Shown here piece by piece: positions 27,406 to 36,886 of a stretch of 64,000 nt of DNA. The stretch comes from a virus: positions 720 to 64,719 of IMG/VR virus record IMGVR_UViG_2974715105_000001. One strand, given 5' to 3'. Within the stretch, counting starts at the first letter, position 1. Each line of letters begins with the position of its first letter. The position numbers were made by a program, and so were the translations under genes. The notes under the pieces were generated by a model. It ran no database searches and was not told the DNA's origin. It worked only from the letters and a program-made list of their open reading frames with translations.

Positions 27406-28651
27406 TTATGACTACATAGTAGATACTGGAGTCATAGTCGCCGATACTGCTGACGTTTTGAAAGACGTTGAAGCGGAATTCAGAGCGGCCCTCGGCGCCA
27501 ATATCAACCTGGCAGCCTCAACTCCCCAAGGAACTCTGGTCGCGGCTGAGACCATTGCGCGTTCCAGCGTAATGAGGAATGAAGCTCGCATTGCCAACAC
27601 CATCAACCCGAACGTGTCTTTCGGGACGTTCCTGGACGCCATCTGTGCGCTGATGGGGATCGAGCGTGGCTCTGATCTTTCGACGTTCGGCTATGGCGTC
27701 CAAGTGACCGGCCGCAGCCAGACCCGAATTTCTACCGGGTCGCGTGTGCAGACTCCGGCCGGAGCGATTTTCACGGTCATGAGTGACGTTCTGATTCCGG
27801 CAACCGGAGTCGCCACCATCGACGTAAAATCGCAGGACTATGGAAACATCCCTCTTCCCGTAGGAAATCTGATCATCATCGATGGAACCATCGGTTGGGC
27901 CGGGGCGAAAGTCATCGCTTCAACTCGCGTCGATCCTGGCAGCCGCCAAATGACCGATGCAGAACTAAAGAATGCTCGCGTCAATCGTCTGGCGATCCAA
28001 GGTCGCAACTCGACTTTGGCCATTAAAGCGTATGTCAGCGCCGTGCCCAACGTTACCTCGGTCAACGTCATCGAAAACAATACCGGCACGGTTCAAGTTG
28101 TCAACGGCGTATCATTCACCCTTCCGTATGCTGTCTGGGTCTGCGTCGCCGGAAATCCGGATAAGCAGGCCGTCGCAGATGCTCTGTGGGCCGCCCACAA
28201 CGGCGGAACTCCCTGGGACTATGGCTCGGCCAACAACGGCGTCCCGGTGGATGGGCCTACTGGCGTTCCTGTTCGCGATCCGGCATCCGGTCGAAAGTAT
28301 GTCGTGAAGTGGACTACTCCGATCATGTATGACGGATATGTAAACGTCACCGTTCAGCAAGGCTCTTCCTCGGTCGCTCCGGAAGCAATCCAGAACGCAG
28401 TTGTGAATTACGCCCAGGGGAAAGTGGAGGGCGAAGAGGGGTTGGTCGTCGGCGCGAGTCTGTCTGCCTTTGAAGTGGCTGGGGCTATCGCTCGCGAGAT
28501 TCCCGGCATCTACATCAAACTATGCCAGGTGGCTTGCGTCCCGGCTGGATCGCCGGCCCCGGCTCCCGGCGACTTCTCGCCTGAATACGTCATGAGCGCA
28601 TTCGGTCAGGCTACCATTTCGGTTGGTAACGTTAGGGTGACTTTCGTATGA
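27398..28651 (+). CDS. Baseplate J-like wedge protein (417 aa)
   Basis: STPQGTLV, ATGTFLDAIC-like FGTFLDAICALMGIER, VSAVPNVTSVNVIEN. Confidence 0.88.
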   Translation: MANYDYIVDTGVIVADTADVLKDVEAEFRAALGANINLAASTPQGTLVAAETIARSSVMRNEARIANTINPNVSFGTFLDAICALMGIERGSDLSTFGYGVQVTGRSQTRISTGSRVQTPAGAIFTVMSDVLIPATGVATIDVKSQDYGNIPLPVGNLIIIDGTIGWAGAKVIASTRVDPGSRQMTDAELKNARVNRLAIQGRNSTLAIKAYVSAVPNVTSVNVIENNTGTVQVVNGVSFTLPYAVWVCVAGNPDKQAVADALWAAHNGGTPWDYGSANNGVPVDGPTGVPVRDPASGRKYVVKWTTPIMYDGYVNVTVQQGSSSVAPEAIQNAVVNYAQGKVEGEEGLVVGASLSAFEVAGAIAREIPGIYIKLCQVACVPAGSPAPAPGDFSPEYVMSAFGQATISVGNVRVTFV

Positions 28652-30162
28652 CTCTGCCTGCGTACAATTCTGATATTCAACAGGCGCTGAAGTGGCTCCA
28701 AAACCAGGCCCCTGGGATCACCGGCTTGGTTCAGCGAAAGGCTCAATGGTATGATCGTTTCAGCCGTCAGTTTTGGGTGAACTGGGAGCGCGACGTTTTC
28801 AACTTGAAGACCGCCAACCCGTTCGGCCTTATGGTTTGGTGCATCATCCTCGGCACGCCTTCGAAAGGGTTCGGCCTGTATCCAAAAAACAGTTCTTGGG
28901 CATTCGGTCGGCTACGCCAGAACTTCATCTATAGCGGTACACAAGTTCCGCCACCGGCAGACGCATCGCCGGGCGGCAACTTCTACGGTGGCGGCAATGC
29001 CGAAATTCTCAACTTGGACGAAATCAGGAAAGTGCTTCAGCTAAGATATATAGCGCTGATTTCGAACGGCTCGATTGCATATATCAATCGCATGCTTCGC
29101 TACATATTCAATGATGATGAGCCGTGGGACGAGGCGACCGGTCTGTACTTTTATCTCATGGACTCAACCGGCGAGAATGGCCCTGTTGAGAACTTGGCCA
29201 TATATCGGAAAGATTGGGAAGGTATGGTATTGTTGTCCAGTTCGCCCAGAACGAACCACGTGCTGACATCGACCCCTGCCAGCGACGCCGATTGGCCGGG
29301 AGTCGATCCGGCCGCGAGCGGTCTTCCGGTAACGGTCGAAACGGCGTCCGCTACGGCCCCGGACGGCTCCGCTACGGTGTGCAAGCTTACTAAGCCGGCC
29401 GGGAGTACCGCTTACGTCTCCGCGCCGATAGATGGGCCGCTGGGGTCCGGTAGCACTGTAACGTTCTCGTTCTTCGCGAAAGCCGGCTCCACCCGTTTCA
29501 TTGCAATTCAGTCGGCTGCCGATTTCCCCAGTCGAGCCGATGCCGTTTTCGACCTGGATTCCGGGAACGTGATCAGCGATCAGATGTTGGACAGCAGCGT
29601 GGTAAGCGCCCGAATGATTCGTCTGGAAAATGGCTGGTGGCGTTGCGTTCTCACGACCAAGACCGTCAGTTCTTCGTTCCGCGCTGCTTACGTCGCTCCG
29701 GCAGAAACCAACTTCAGCTGGATTGATTCGAATTCCAGCGCGGCGATTGATGTGCTTATCTGGGGCGCTCAGATCGAACTGGGTGATACTCCAACCGGAT
29801 ACTTGGAGACTACCGGAACGCCCATAACCATCACCGATTACGTTCTGCAGAGCGCCCAGACCGGAACGGTCAAGTTCACACAGCCTCTTCCGACCGGAGT
29901 AGAAGCGTATTGGACTGGAGACTGGAAAGGTGGGTCTGCGACCGAGCCGGCCAGATTCGCAGTAGGGGATGGGACTCAAGATACATTCAATCTGTCCAGC
30001 CCTGCATACATCGGCCTACCCACTAGTGGGGCGTTCAAGCTAGAATACAGAGTTGGTCCGGCGCTTAATTTGTCGCCGCAATTGATCAACCTCATGAATG
30101 ACCGGGCGGTCGGCATCATGCCGACTTGCGCCGGTTGCGATGTAAAAGTCATTCAGGAGTAA
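28648..30162 (+). CDS. Baseplate wedge protein (DUF2612-like) with inserted beta-sandwich domain (504 aa)
   Basis: FNLKTANPFGLMVWCIILG N-terminal domain; internal TVTFSFFAKAG...WWRC...IWGAQIELG insert. Confidence 0.8.
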   Translation: MTLPAYNSDIQQALKWLQNQAPGITGLVQRKAQWYDRFSRQFWVNWERDVFNLKTANPFGLMVWCIILGTPSKGFGLYPKNSSWAFGRLRQNFIYSGTQVPPPADASPGGNFYGGGNAEILNLDEIRKVLQLRYIALISNGSIAYINRMLRYIFNDDEPWDEATGLYFYLMDSTGENGPVENLAIYRKDWEGMVLLSSSPRTNHVLTSTPASDADWPGVDPAASGLPVTVETASATAPDGSATVCKLTKPAGSTAYVSAPIDGPLGSGSTVTFSFFAKAGSTRFIAIQSAADFPSRADAVFDLDSGNVISDQMLDSSVVSARMIRLENGWWRCVLTTKTVSSSFRAAYVAPAETNFSWIDSNSSAAIDVLIWGAQIELGDTPTGYLETTGTPITITDYVLQSAQTGTVKFTQPLPTGVEAYWTGDWKGGSATEPARFAVGDGTQDTFNLSSPAYIGLPTSGAFKLEYRVGPALNLSPQLINLMNDRAVGIMPTCAGCDVKVIQE

Positions 30163-30166
30163 TGAC

Positions 30167-33061
30167 GTGATCACACCCGAACTGATACCCAGTCCGTTTG
30201 CTGCGCAGGGCGACAAAGACCCGATCCCGCAGACCTCTTCCACTGGTTTTGCCAACCTTCGCGACGGCTACACGCCGGACTACGAAATCAGCCTGGCGTC
30301 GAACAACCCGCAGGCCAAAGCGGTCGAGCGGAAAATTCAAAACCAACTCTTCTTCATCGCGACCCAGAACGCACAGGCGTGGCAGCGACAAATGGCGCCG
30401 CCGTGGTTTCAGGGCATGCCTGGCGGCTACGAACAGAATGCAGAAGTCGTGCGCGTCGGAAATGACGGCATAATGCGGCGTTATCGTTCCATGGTGAATG
30501 CCAATGCGAGCGACCCTCTCAGCAGCACGACTTGGGAAGAACAACCCGCATGGTCGGCGATGCGCTCCAACATCCCGATGCCGGCCGGAGGCCCAGGCCT
30601 ATCTTCTGGCGGAGAAGTCATCACGACCGGCCGCAACTTCAACGACCTGTTAAATGGGACGTGGGAGTTCTTCTCTGATTCAGTGGTTATCGCTTCTCAG
30701 AATGCCCCCGTATATCCGGCTTCCGCTGGTGCCGCTGCTGGCATGTTGGAGGCGAAATCTTGGGTGTCCGGGTCAAATACGTTCTGCGTCCAACGCTACA
30801 CTGATCGCGTCGGGAACGTCGCTGTGCGCGGGCTTAATGCCGGAGAGTGGACCAACTGGATGTATGCGGTAAACGTCATGGCCCTTCAACAAGGTCGGGT
30901 CACCTATGGAGTCGCGGCCGGATCGGCGAACGCTTACACGTTGACGCTAGTTCCGCAGCTCCAAGGCGGCCTGGTGGACGGCATGATTCTTCGGGTCAAG
31001 TTCAACACCATGAACACCGGCGCCTCCACCATCAACGTCTCCGGACTCGGCACCAAAGCCATCGTCGGCGCGGCCAACTTCCCTCTCACCGGCGGCGAAC
31101 TTGGCCAAGGACTCATCGCTGAGCTTGTCTTCGACGCAGCAGGCGACCGCTGGAGGATTCTGGCAGGCGCGCCGCGCATCCAAGTCGGCAACGCCGATCA
31201 GGACTACCAGGCGCCGAGTTGGAAGCAAGTTAAAGACTATGTCGCGTCCCAAAAGCTCACCGAAGTGGATTGGACGGATGTCGTCAACAAGCCGAACGTC
31301 GCTATCCAAGATACAACGCCGTGGTTCGCCAATCTGGAGCTGTCCGATGCTCGGCCTTTCATCGATTTCCACTTCAACAGCAATCGCGCCAAAGATTTTG
31401 ACTATCGGCTGATATCTGAAGCAGACGGATCGCTGGCTTTCTATTCGCGGCAGGGGTCTGCTGGGCCTACCCAGGACATCCTGTTCAGCAGGTCGAATGT
31501 TACATTCCTCCAGCCGCGACTGGATGTTGCGAAAAACCTCGCGTACATCGCGAACTCTGGCCCCCTTTGGCAGAACACCACTGCCGATCAGCCTGGTTGG
31601 AAATTCACCTTCGCACAAGGCGTGGACGCCAACAACAACGCGGTGATCGCAGTCAATACCACCAATCCTGACGGCTCTTATCGCTCGCAAATCATGCGAT
31701 GGGACTGGGCGTCCACGAACGTCATATTCAACAATCGCCCTCTGTTTGCTGGACAATATGTCCCTTGGGACTCCGGAAACTTTGATCCGGCCACCAAGCT
31801 CACTGTCGGGACTACCAACAACATTTCGGGACCGACCGGAATTCGCAATACCACCAGCAATACCGGAAATATGAACACCTGGGGCTCCAGCTCCACAACT
31901 GCATCGTATGGAAACGCAACCCTTCAAATCTTCGGTAGAGGGGGCGGCGAGCCTGTGGCCATCTACTTCGACAACTCCCAAACCGGCTGGTATTTGGGCA
32001 TGGACAAGGACGGCCAGCTGAAGCGAGCAGGCTGGTCGCTCGGCAATAACTCCTATGTGGTCACTGACGAGTCGAATATTCGTTTCCACGTGAATTCTAT
32101 GGCTGGCACTCCAGTATGGGGCGGAAACGAATTCTGGGGGCCGTGGAACTTCAATCCGAACACCAAGTTGACCATCAAAGCCGGCACGCAGGAAACTAGC
32201 AGCACTGCGATATTCAGCGGAACCATGCCGTTCGCCCCAATCGCGTCTCTGTCCGACTATTCCCAGGCGCCATTGACGGTTTACAACTCGCCGACTGGTC
32301 CATCTGCTAAGCCTGCCGTTATCGCGTTCATTCGCCATGGAAACTGGGGCGCGTTCTTCGGCATCGATACCGACAACAAGCTGAAATGGGGCGGCGGATC
32401 GCTCGGCAACAGCTCCAGGGAAATCGCCGATTCCAGCAACATCATGAATCTTTGGGCGGCCAACCCGACCGCGCCGACCTGGAATGGCCAAACCATTTGG
32501 CGATCCGGGAACTTTGATCCGGCAACGAAGGTGGATTTGAACGCCGCGAACTCCACCAACGGAAACATGATCTTCAACCGCATCGCCGGAACTGGCAGCG
32601 GGATCGCCTCTTCCGGCCGCGTCGGCGCAATCAGCCTCCAGAACGGCGCAACGGCAGGCGCGGCCGCAGCAGTAACATTCGAGCGGGGCGGTGGTTTCTT
32701 CGTCAACTTCGGCTTGGACACCGACAACGTTCTCAAAGTAGGTGGCGGAAACCTGGGGGCAAACGCCTATCCGGTCATCCACGCCGGGAACTACAATAAC
32801 TACATCAACCAGGCGCTGGTTCAGGTAGGTCTTGGCGGAGTCGGTTCCTATGGCATTTTCGCGGTTCTGGACAATGCCGCTCCAACCGCGACCGTTCAAC
32901 CAGGAGTGATTGTGGACGGCTCCATTCTCATCTACTCGTCTTGCTCCGCAAACTACAATAGCGGTCAAAGACCTGCCGGAACTTGGCGCTGCATGGGCTA
33001 TGTAGTCAACCGGGACGCCAACACCCCTGACTCCGCGACCCTTTTCCAGCGAGTGACGTGA
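30167..33061 (+). CDS. Tail fibre protein (964 aa)
   Basis: Baseplate-binding N-terminus; three ~122-aa repeats; C-terminal GTWRCMG tip; followed by a chaperone. Confidence 0.92.
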   Translation: MITPELIPSPFAAQGDKDPIPQTSSTGFANLRDGYTPDYEISLASNNPQAKAVERKIQNQLFFIATQNAQAWQRQMAPPWFQGMPGGYEQNAEVVRVGNDGIMRRYRSMVNANASDPLSSTTWEEQPAWSAMRSNIPMPAGGPGLSSGGEVITTGRNFNDLLNGTWEFFSDSVVIASQNAPVYPASAGAAAGMLEAKSWVSGSNTFCVQRYTDRVGNVAVRGLNAGEWTNWMYAVNVMALQQGRVTYGVAAGSANAYTLTLVPQLQGGLVDGMILRVKFNTMNTGASTINVSGLGTKAIVGAANFPLTGGELGQGLIAELVFDAAGDRWRILAGAPRIQVGNADQDYQAPSWKQVKDYVASQKLTEVDWTDVVNKPNVAIQDTTPWFANLELSDARPFIDFHFNSNRAKDFDYRLISEADGSLAFYSRQGSAGPTQDILFSRSNVTFLQPRLDVAKNLAYIANSGPLWQNTTADQPGWKFTFAQGVDANNNAVIAVNTTNPDGSYRSQIMRWDWASTNVIFNNRPLFAGQYVPWDSGNFDPATKLTVGTTNNISGPTGIRNTTSNTGNMNTWGSSSTTASYGNATLQIFGRGGGEPVAIYFDNSQTGWYLGMDKDGQLKRAGWSLGNNSYVVTDESNIRFHVNSMAGTPVWGGNEFWGPWNFNPNTKLTIKAGTQETSSTAIFSGTMPFAPIASLSDYSQAPLTVYNSPTGPSAKPAVIAFIRHGNWGAFFGIDTDNKLKWGGGSLGNSSREIADSSNIMNLWAANPTAPTWNGQTIWRSGNFDPATKVDLNAANSTNGNMIFNRIAGTGSGIASSGRVGAISLQNGATAGAAAAVTFERGGGFFVNFGLDTDNVLKVGGGNLGANAYPVIHAGNYNNYINQALVQVGLGGVGSYGIFAVLDNAAPTATVQPGVIVDGSILIYSSCSANYNSGQRPAGTWRCMGYVVNRDANTPDSATLFQRVT

Positions 33062-33062
33062 A

Positions 33063-33491
33063 ATGAAATGGACGCGGATCAGAAACCCACGTTGGCTGGA
33101 CGCAGTAAACATCCACGCCATGGTGACTTTCGAGGGAATCGGTGAAGTGCCGTTCACCGCCAATCCGCAAGACGTTGAGGCCCACGGAAGGGCCATCTAC
33201 GCTGCGATTCTATCTGGGGAGCACGGGCCTATCGCCCCGGTCGATTCGAAGCGGGAGAAGGCCTTGCAGGACGCTATACGAGCCAGGGAAAAGCGGGCTA
33301 TCCTTCGGGATACCCGCTGGCCCATAGATCGCCACGACGAGCAGAGACGGCTGGGTATCGAAACCACGGACGGCCCTGGGCTGATCGCAGCCCTTGTTCA
33401 CTGGAGGCAGCAGATTCGCGACTGGAACAGCGGGGATCGGCCGCGACTTCCCATGGCTCTGAAAACAATGTTCAAAAATCAGGAGTACTGA
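33063..33491 (+). CDS. Tail fibre assembly chaperone (142 aa)
   Basis: VPFTANPQDVEAHGRAIY; WRQQIRDW; position after the fibre gene. Confidence 0.82.
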   Translation: MKWTRIRNPRWLDAVNIHAMVTFEGIGEVPFTANPQDVEAHGRAIYAAILSGEHGPIAPVDSKREKALQDAIRAREKRAILRDTRWPIDRHDEQRRLGIETTDGPGLIAALVHWRQQIRDWNSGDRPRLPMALKTMFKNQEY

Positions 33492-34153
33492 TGAAAATAA
33501 CGAAGGATATTTTGATCACCGGAACCGGGTGTACCATGGATCGGGCGATCAAGTGGCTGGATGACGTCCAGGCGGCCATGGATAAGTTCCACATCGAGTC
33601 GCCGCGAGCCATTGCGGCCTACCTCGCCAACATCGGCGTCGAGTCCGGTGGATTGGTGAGTCTGGTGGAGAATCTCAACTACAGCGCCCAAGGACTGGCC
33701 AACACTTGGCCGCGCCGGTACGCAGTGGACCCGCGCGTCCGTCCGTATGTGCCGAACGCTCTGGCGAACCGCCTAGCCCGCAATCCGGTCGCCATCGCCA
33801 ACAACGTGTACGCGGATCGCATGGGTAATGGCTGCGAGCAGGACGGGGACGGCTGGAAGTATCGCGGTCGCGGCCTGATCCAGCTGACCGGGAAATCGAA
33901 CTATGCCCTGTTCGCCGAAGACTCCGGTATGGACGTTCTGGAGAAGCCGGAGCTGCTGGAAACTCCGGCCGGCGCGTCGATGTCTTCGGCATGGTTCTTC
34001 TGGCGCAATCGCTGCATCCCCATGGCGGAATCCAACAACTTCTCCATGGTCGTGAAGACCATCAACGGCGCCGCGCCGAACGATGCGAACCACGGTCAAC
34101 TCCGGATAAACCGCTATGTGAAGACCGTCGCCGCGATCAATCAAGGCTCCTGA
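33491..34153 (+). CDS. Endolysin, glycoside hydrolase family 19 (220 aa)
   Basis: ENLNYSAQGL, DGWKYRGRGLIQLTGKSNY, SAWFFW, INGA motifs. Confidence 0.93.
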   Translation: MKITKDILITGTGCTMDRAIKWLDDVQAAMDKFHIESPRAIAAYLANIGVESGGLVSLVENLNYSAQGLANTWPRRYAVDPRVRPYVPNALANRLARNPVAIANNVYADRMGNGCEQDGDGWKYRGRGLIQLTGKSNYALFAEDSGMDVLEKPELLETPAGASMSSAWFFWRNRCIPMAESNNFSMVVKTINGAAPNDANHGQLRINRYVKTVAAINQGS

Positions 34154-34167
34154 TCTTCTCCGAAAAG

Positions 34168-34194
34168 AAAAGGCCGCTTATTCAGCGGCCTTTT
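34168..34194. terminator. Bidirectional intrinsic terminator
   Basis: AAAAGGCCGCT-TATTC-AGCGGCCTTTT between convergent genes. Confidence 0.88.
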
Positions 34195-34429
34195 TGCTTT
34201 CCGGCTTTGCCTCTTCAATCTTCCTGACTTCAATAGGCGCGGCAGACTCTTCCTGGGTGACCGAGTCCACATAGTTCCCTAGCGAACTCAGAACGCCGAT
34301 CAACAGCGCTCTTACCACCTTGTCCTTGACTGTCTCGCCTATGATCTTTGTCAGAACGGATATCAACTCTTCCCGGAGTCTTGGGCTTATTCTTGGCCGA
34401 AAACGCTTTCGATGCTCTTTGCGTTTCAT
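34178..34429 (-). CDS. Hypothetical protein (83 aa)
   Basis: RBS AGAGGA; TATAAT box upstream on the minus strand near 34513. Confidence 0.65.
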   Translation of the reverse strand: MKRKEHRKRFRPRISPRLREELISVLTKIIGETVKDKVVRALLIGVLSSLGNYVDSVTQEESAAPIEVRKIEEAKPESKKAAE

Positions 34430-34646
34430 GTTTAGTCCTCTGTTTGCGGTCTTCTCCTCACCCCGATAATAGCTTGGGGATGCGCTGTGTTAATCGGAAG
34501 GGTCGGGCGTTATTATAACTCGACGAAAATGCTCGCGCTTAACTGTTTAACGATACGCACCGCGATATTAAATCGCCTTCTTTCTGGCCAAGGAACTCTG
34601 GCGCCCGAGTCCGGTCTAAGGCTTAATTTGTCGACATTAAAACGAG

Positions 34647-34685
34647 AAAACCCGGATCGCCTTTAGGATAAGGCGTCCGGGTTTA
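34647..34685 (-). terminator. Hairpin after the ligase gene
   Basis: AAACCCGGA-TCGCCT...AGGCG-TCCGGGTTT, with a T-run on the minus strand. Confidence 0.7.
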
Positions 34686-34708
34686 TTTCGATCTAGTGTC
34701 CGCTAGAA

Positions 34709-35620
34709 TCAGTGGCTCGCGCCCCATCCGTCCAACCAGCAGTCGAAGACGGCATGGCGCGGCTTATCCTTCGCACCATGCGGGAAATGCGTGAATCGGA
34801 TGACCTGACCATTGAGGGATTCTCTGTCCTTCCAGAGACGCTGCTTTTCATCGTGAGTGATGCTGGATGCCGAAACCCTGAATGTCTGCCCAGGCCAAAC
34901 TTTTTCGTTGCGGCAGACGAACGAACCGACCATGCCGGACGGAACAAGATTTTCTGCGTGGCTGGAACGGGCAGTGTAGCCAAGCTCATCGATGAAGGCT
35001 TCGTTTTCGTTGATCATCAACTCTTCGACGCCGATAATTTCGGCCTCTTCGGAATCGTACCTCTTGAACTTCACACAATGGCCTTCTTTCGCGGTCGAGC
35101 GACCGAACTTGTAAATTCCATTCTTCTTCTTACCAATGGAACCTTCGAAGCCCAGGCCGACGTGCCGCAGCTCCGCCTCGGTCATCTGTTCAACGGACGT
35201 AACCAGCTCCTGCTCGACCAGGTGGATGCGGGTCATTTCGAAGCGTTCCCGGAGTTCCTTGACCCGATGCTCGGCCGCGTCGAGGCGTTCGTCAGTCGGC
35301 ATTCTGGGATCGGTGAAATCGTCGAACACGTGGAACGACCAGTCCGGTTCGCCATCGCGGCGGCGAAGATCGCCGGACGATTTCTGAAAGACTTTCGGGT
35401 CGGTTATGTCGCCGCAGACCAACTCGCCGTCCAGGCCGTTGAAAATCGGATTGCTGAGGTATTGATTGATGGCCGCGTTCGCCTGCGGCTTGAATGATCG
35501 GGTCAGAGCGTGGCCATCGTGGATGAAGGCGCGAAAGCCATCGATCTTCGGCGACATGAAGATTGGCAGTTGGCCTTCCAGCAGACCGGGATCGGCCATC
35601 GATGCGAACATCGGTTTCAT
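34709..35620 (-). CDS. lig: ATP-dependent DNA ligase (303 aa)
   Basis: SPKIDGFRA motif I, LDGEL, GFEGSIG, VKFKR motifs. Confidence 0.93.
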   Translation of the reverse strand: MKPMFASMADPGLLEGQLPIFMSPKIDGFRAFIHDGHALTRSFKPQANAAINQYLSNPIFNGLDGELVCGDITDPKVFQKSSGDLRRRDGEPDWSFHVFDDFTDPRMPTDERLDAAEHRVKELRERFEMTRIHLVEQELVTSVEQMTEAELRHVGLGFEGSIGKKKNGIYKFGRSTAKEGHCVKFKRYDSEEAEIIGVEELMINENEAFIDELGYTARSSHAENLVPSGMVGSFVCRNEKVWPGQTFRVSASSITHDEKQRLWKDRESLNGQVIRFTHFPHGAKDKPRHAVFDCWLDGWGASH

Positions 35621-35637
35621 AGAATTCTCCAGAAAGA

Positions 35638-35655
35638 AGCCCGGCGAACCGGGCT
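35638..35655 (-). terminator. UUCG-loop terminator-like hairpin
   Basis: Minus strand AGCCCGG-TTCG-CCGGGCT followed by TCTTTCT. Confidence 0.7.
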
Positions 35656-35673
35656 GAATGGCGGTAAGCCGGA

Positions 35674-36228
35674 TCAGATGGTTTCGTTGGCGTGATTCAG
35701 CTCGGCCATGATCGATGCATAGCGCTCATCCGACTCCTTGATGAACACGCCGTTGTACATCACGCCTTTGCGATCCTTGATGGTGTCGTAGGCCGCCTGG
35801 TAGCATTCGAGCATGCTGGTGTCATGCTCTTCTGCCGCGTCGAACAGGGATGCGACTGCCATGACCAAACTCTTGATGGCAAGCCACCGATTCCCGCGAG
35901 CCAGCGAGCCGGCCAGGTCGCCGAGCAATTTCAGATCTTCGCCGTAGGACGGGCGACGCTCGACCGCCAAGACGAAGGCTGACATATGGTCGAACAGATT
36001 TTCGCCGAGCTGCGCGGCCATGATGGTGGCCACGACCATGACATCGCCGATGCCGTCTTTCACTTCGGCGGTGTTATTCTGGATGTAGGCTTCGCAAACT
36101 TCTGCGAATTCTTCTACCAGCTTGAGGAACTGATCTTTGGCCGAAGAGCCTTTGATCAGGTTACGGTCTGAACCCCATTTTACCACCAGGTCATGGAGTT
36201 CGCTATTCATGATTCGTTCGATGATCAT
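35674..36228 (-). CDS. MazG-like nucleotide pyrophosphohydrolase
   Basis: WGSDRNL...QFLKLVEEFAEV...VKDGIGDVMVV all-alpha NTP-PPase motif; start may be 36210. Confidence 0.8.
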   Translation of the reverse strand: MIIERIMNSELHDLVVKWGSDRNLIKGSSAKDQFLKLVEEFAEVCEAYIQNNTAEVKDGIGDVMVVATIMAAQLGENLFDHMSAFVLAVERRPSYGEDLKLLGDLAGSLARGNRWLAIKSLVMAVASLFDAAEEHDTSMLECYQAAYDTIKDRKGVMYNGVFIKESDERYASIMAELNHANETI

Positions 36229-36830
36229 TCTTTCGATTCCTTCTGTATTTGGGATTTGACTGCGTTGATGATGGACGCCGTGCTCTGGCGCGATCCGTCC
36301 TTAGTGGTGCCGAAGTAAAAGGCCATAACAGACTTCAGTTCGGCAAACCAATAGCCGATGATGGTGCCGATGGCGACGGAAGAAGTCGGGTCCATCAGCG
36401 CCTCGCGGCCGAATGTGAAAATTGCGATGATGATGAGAATGGAACCGGTCAGAAGAGCAAAAGTTATCGCCGGGCGAACGAAGTCATTTTGTTGCGCAGC
36501 AAGCCTTCTCGCCGAATCCCTGTCTGCCGCCTCGGCGGCGAACTGGCTGAGTTCGGCTTGGAGCTGGTTTTGCTCAGACTGAAGACGGTTTTGTTCGGCC
36601 TGGATGGCCAGCTCCTGGAGGCGAACGCGCTCGGCGCTCTGGAGTTCTGCGAGGCGCGCTAGAGCCTCCGGATTCGCGTCTAGAGCGCTCGCGACCGAGG
36701 CTGGGTCGGCCTTCGACCCTAGCGCCGTCGCGACGATAGCGCCAACGGCGGCGCCTGCAGGACCACCCAGGAGCGACCCCAGGGCCGGAGCGGCCGCGCC
36801 GATCTTACTACCTATGTCCTTCCAGTCCAT
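36225..36830 (-). CDS. Holin-like membrane protein (GTA 3TM holin-like, 201 aa)
   Basis: APALGSLLGGPAGAAVG...DRDSAR...RPAITFALL...VMAFYFGTT. Confidence 0.68.
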   Translation of the reverse strand: MDWKDIGSKIGAAAPALGSLLGGPAGAAVGAIVATALGSKADPASVASALDANPEALARLAELQSAERVRLQELAIQAEQNRLQSEQNQLQAELSQFAAEAADRDSARRLAAQQNDFVRPAITFALLTGSILIIIAIFTFGREALMDPTSSVAIGTIIGYWFAELKSVMAFYFGTTKDGSRQSTASIINAVKSQIQKESKE

Positions 36831-36845
36831 ATTTCGATTCCTCAA

Positions 36846-36873
36846 AAGAAAGGCGCCATTACAGCGCCTTTCT
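36846..36873 (-). terminator. Intrinsic terminator after the SSB-like gene
   Basis: Minus strand GAGAAAGGCGC-TGTAATG-GCGCCTTTCTTT. Confidence 0.72.
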
Positions 36874-36886
36874 CTGGCCGTTGACG

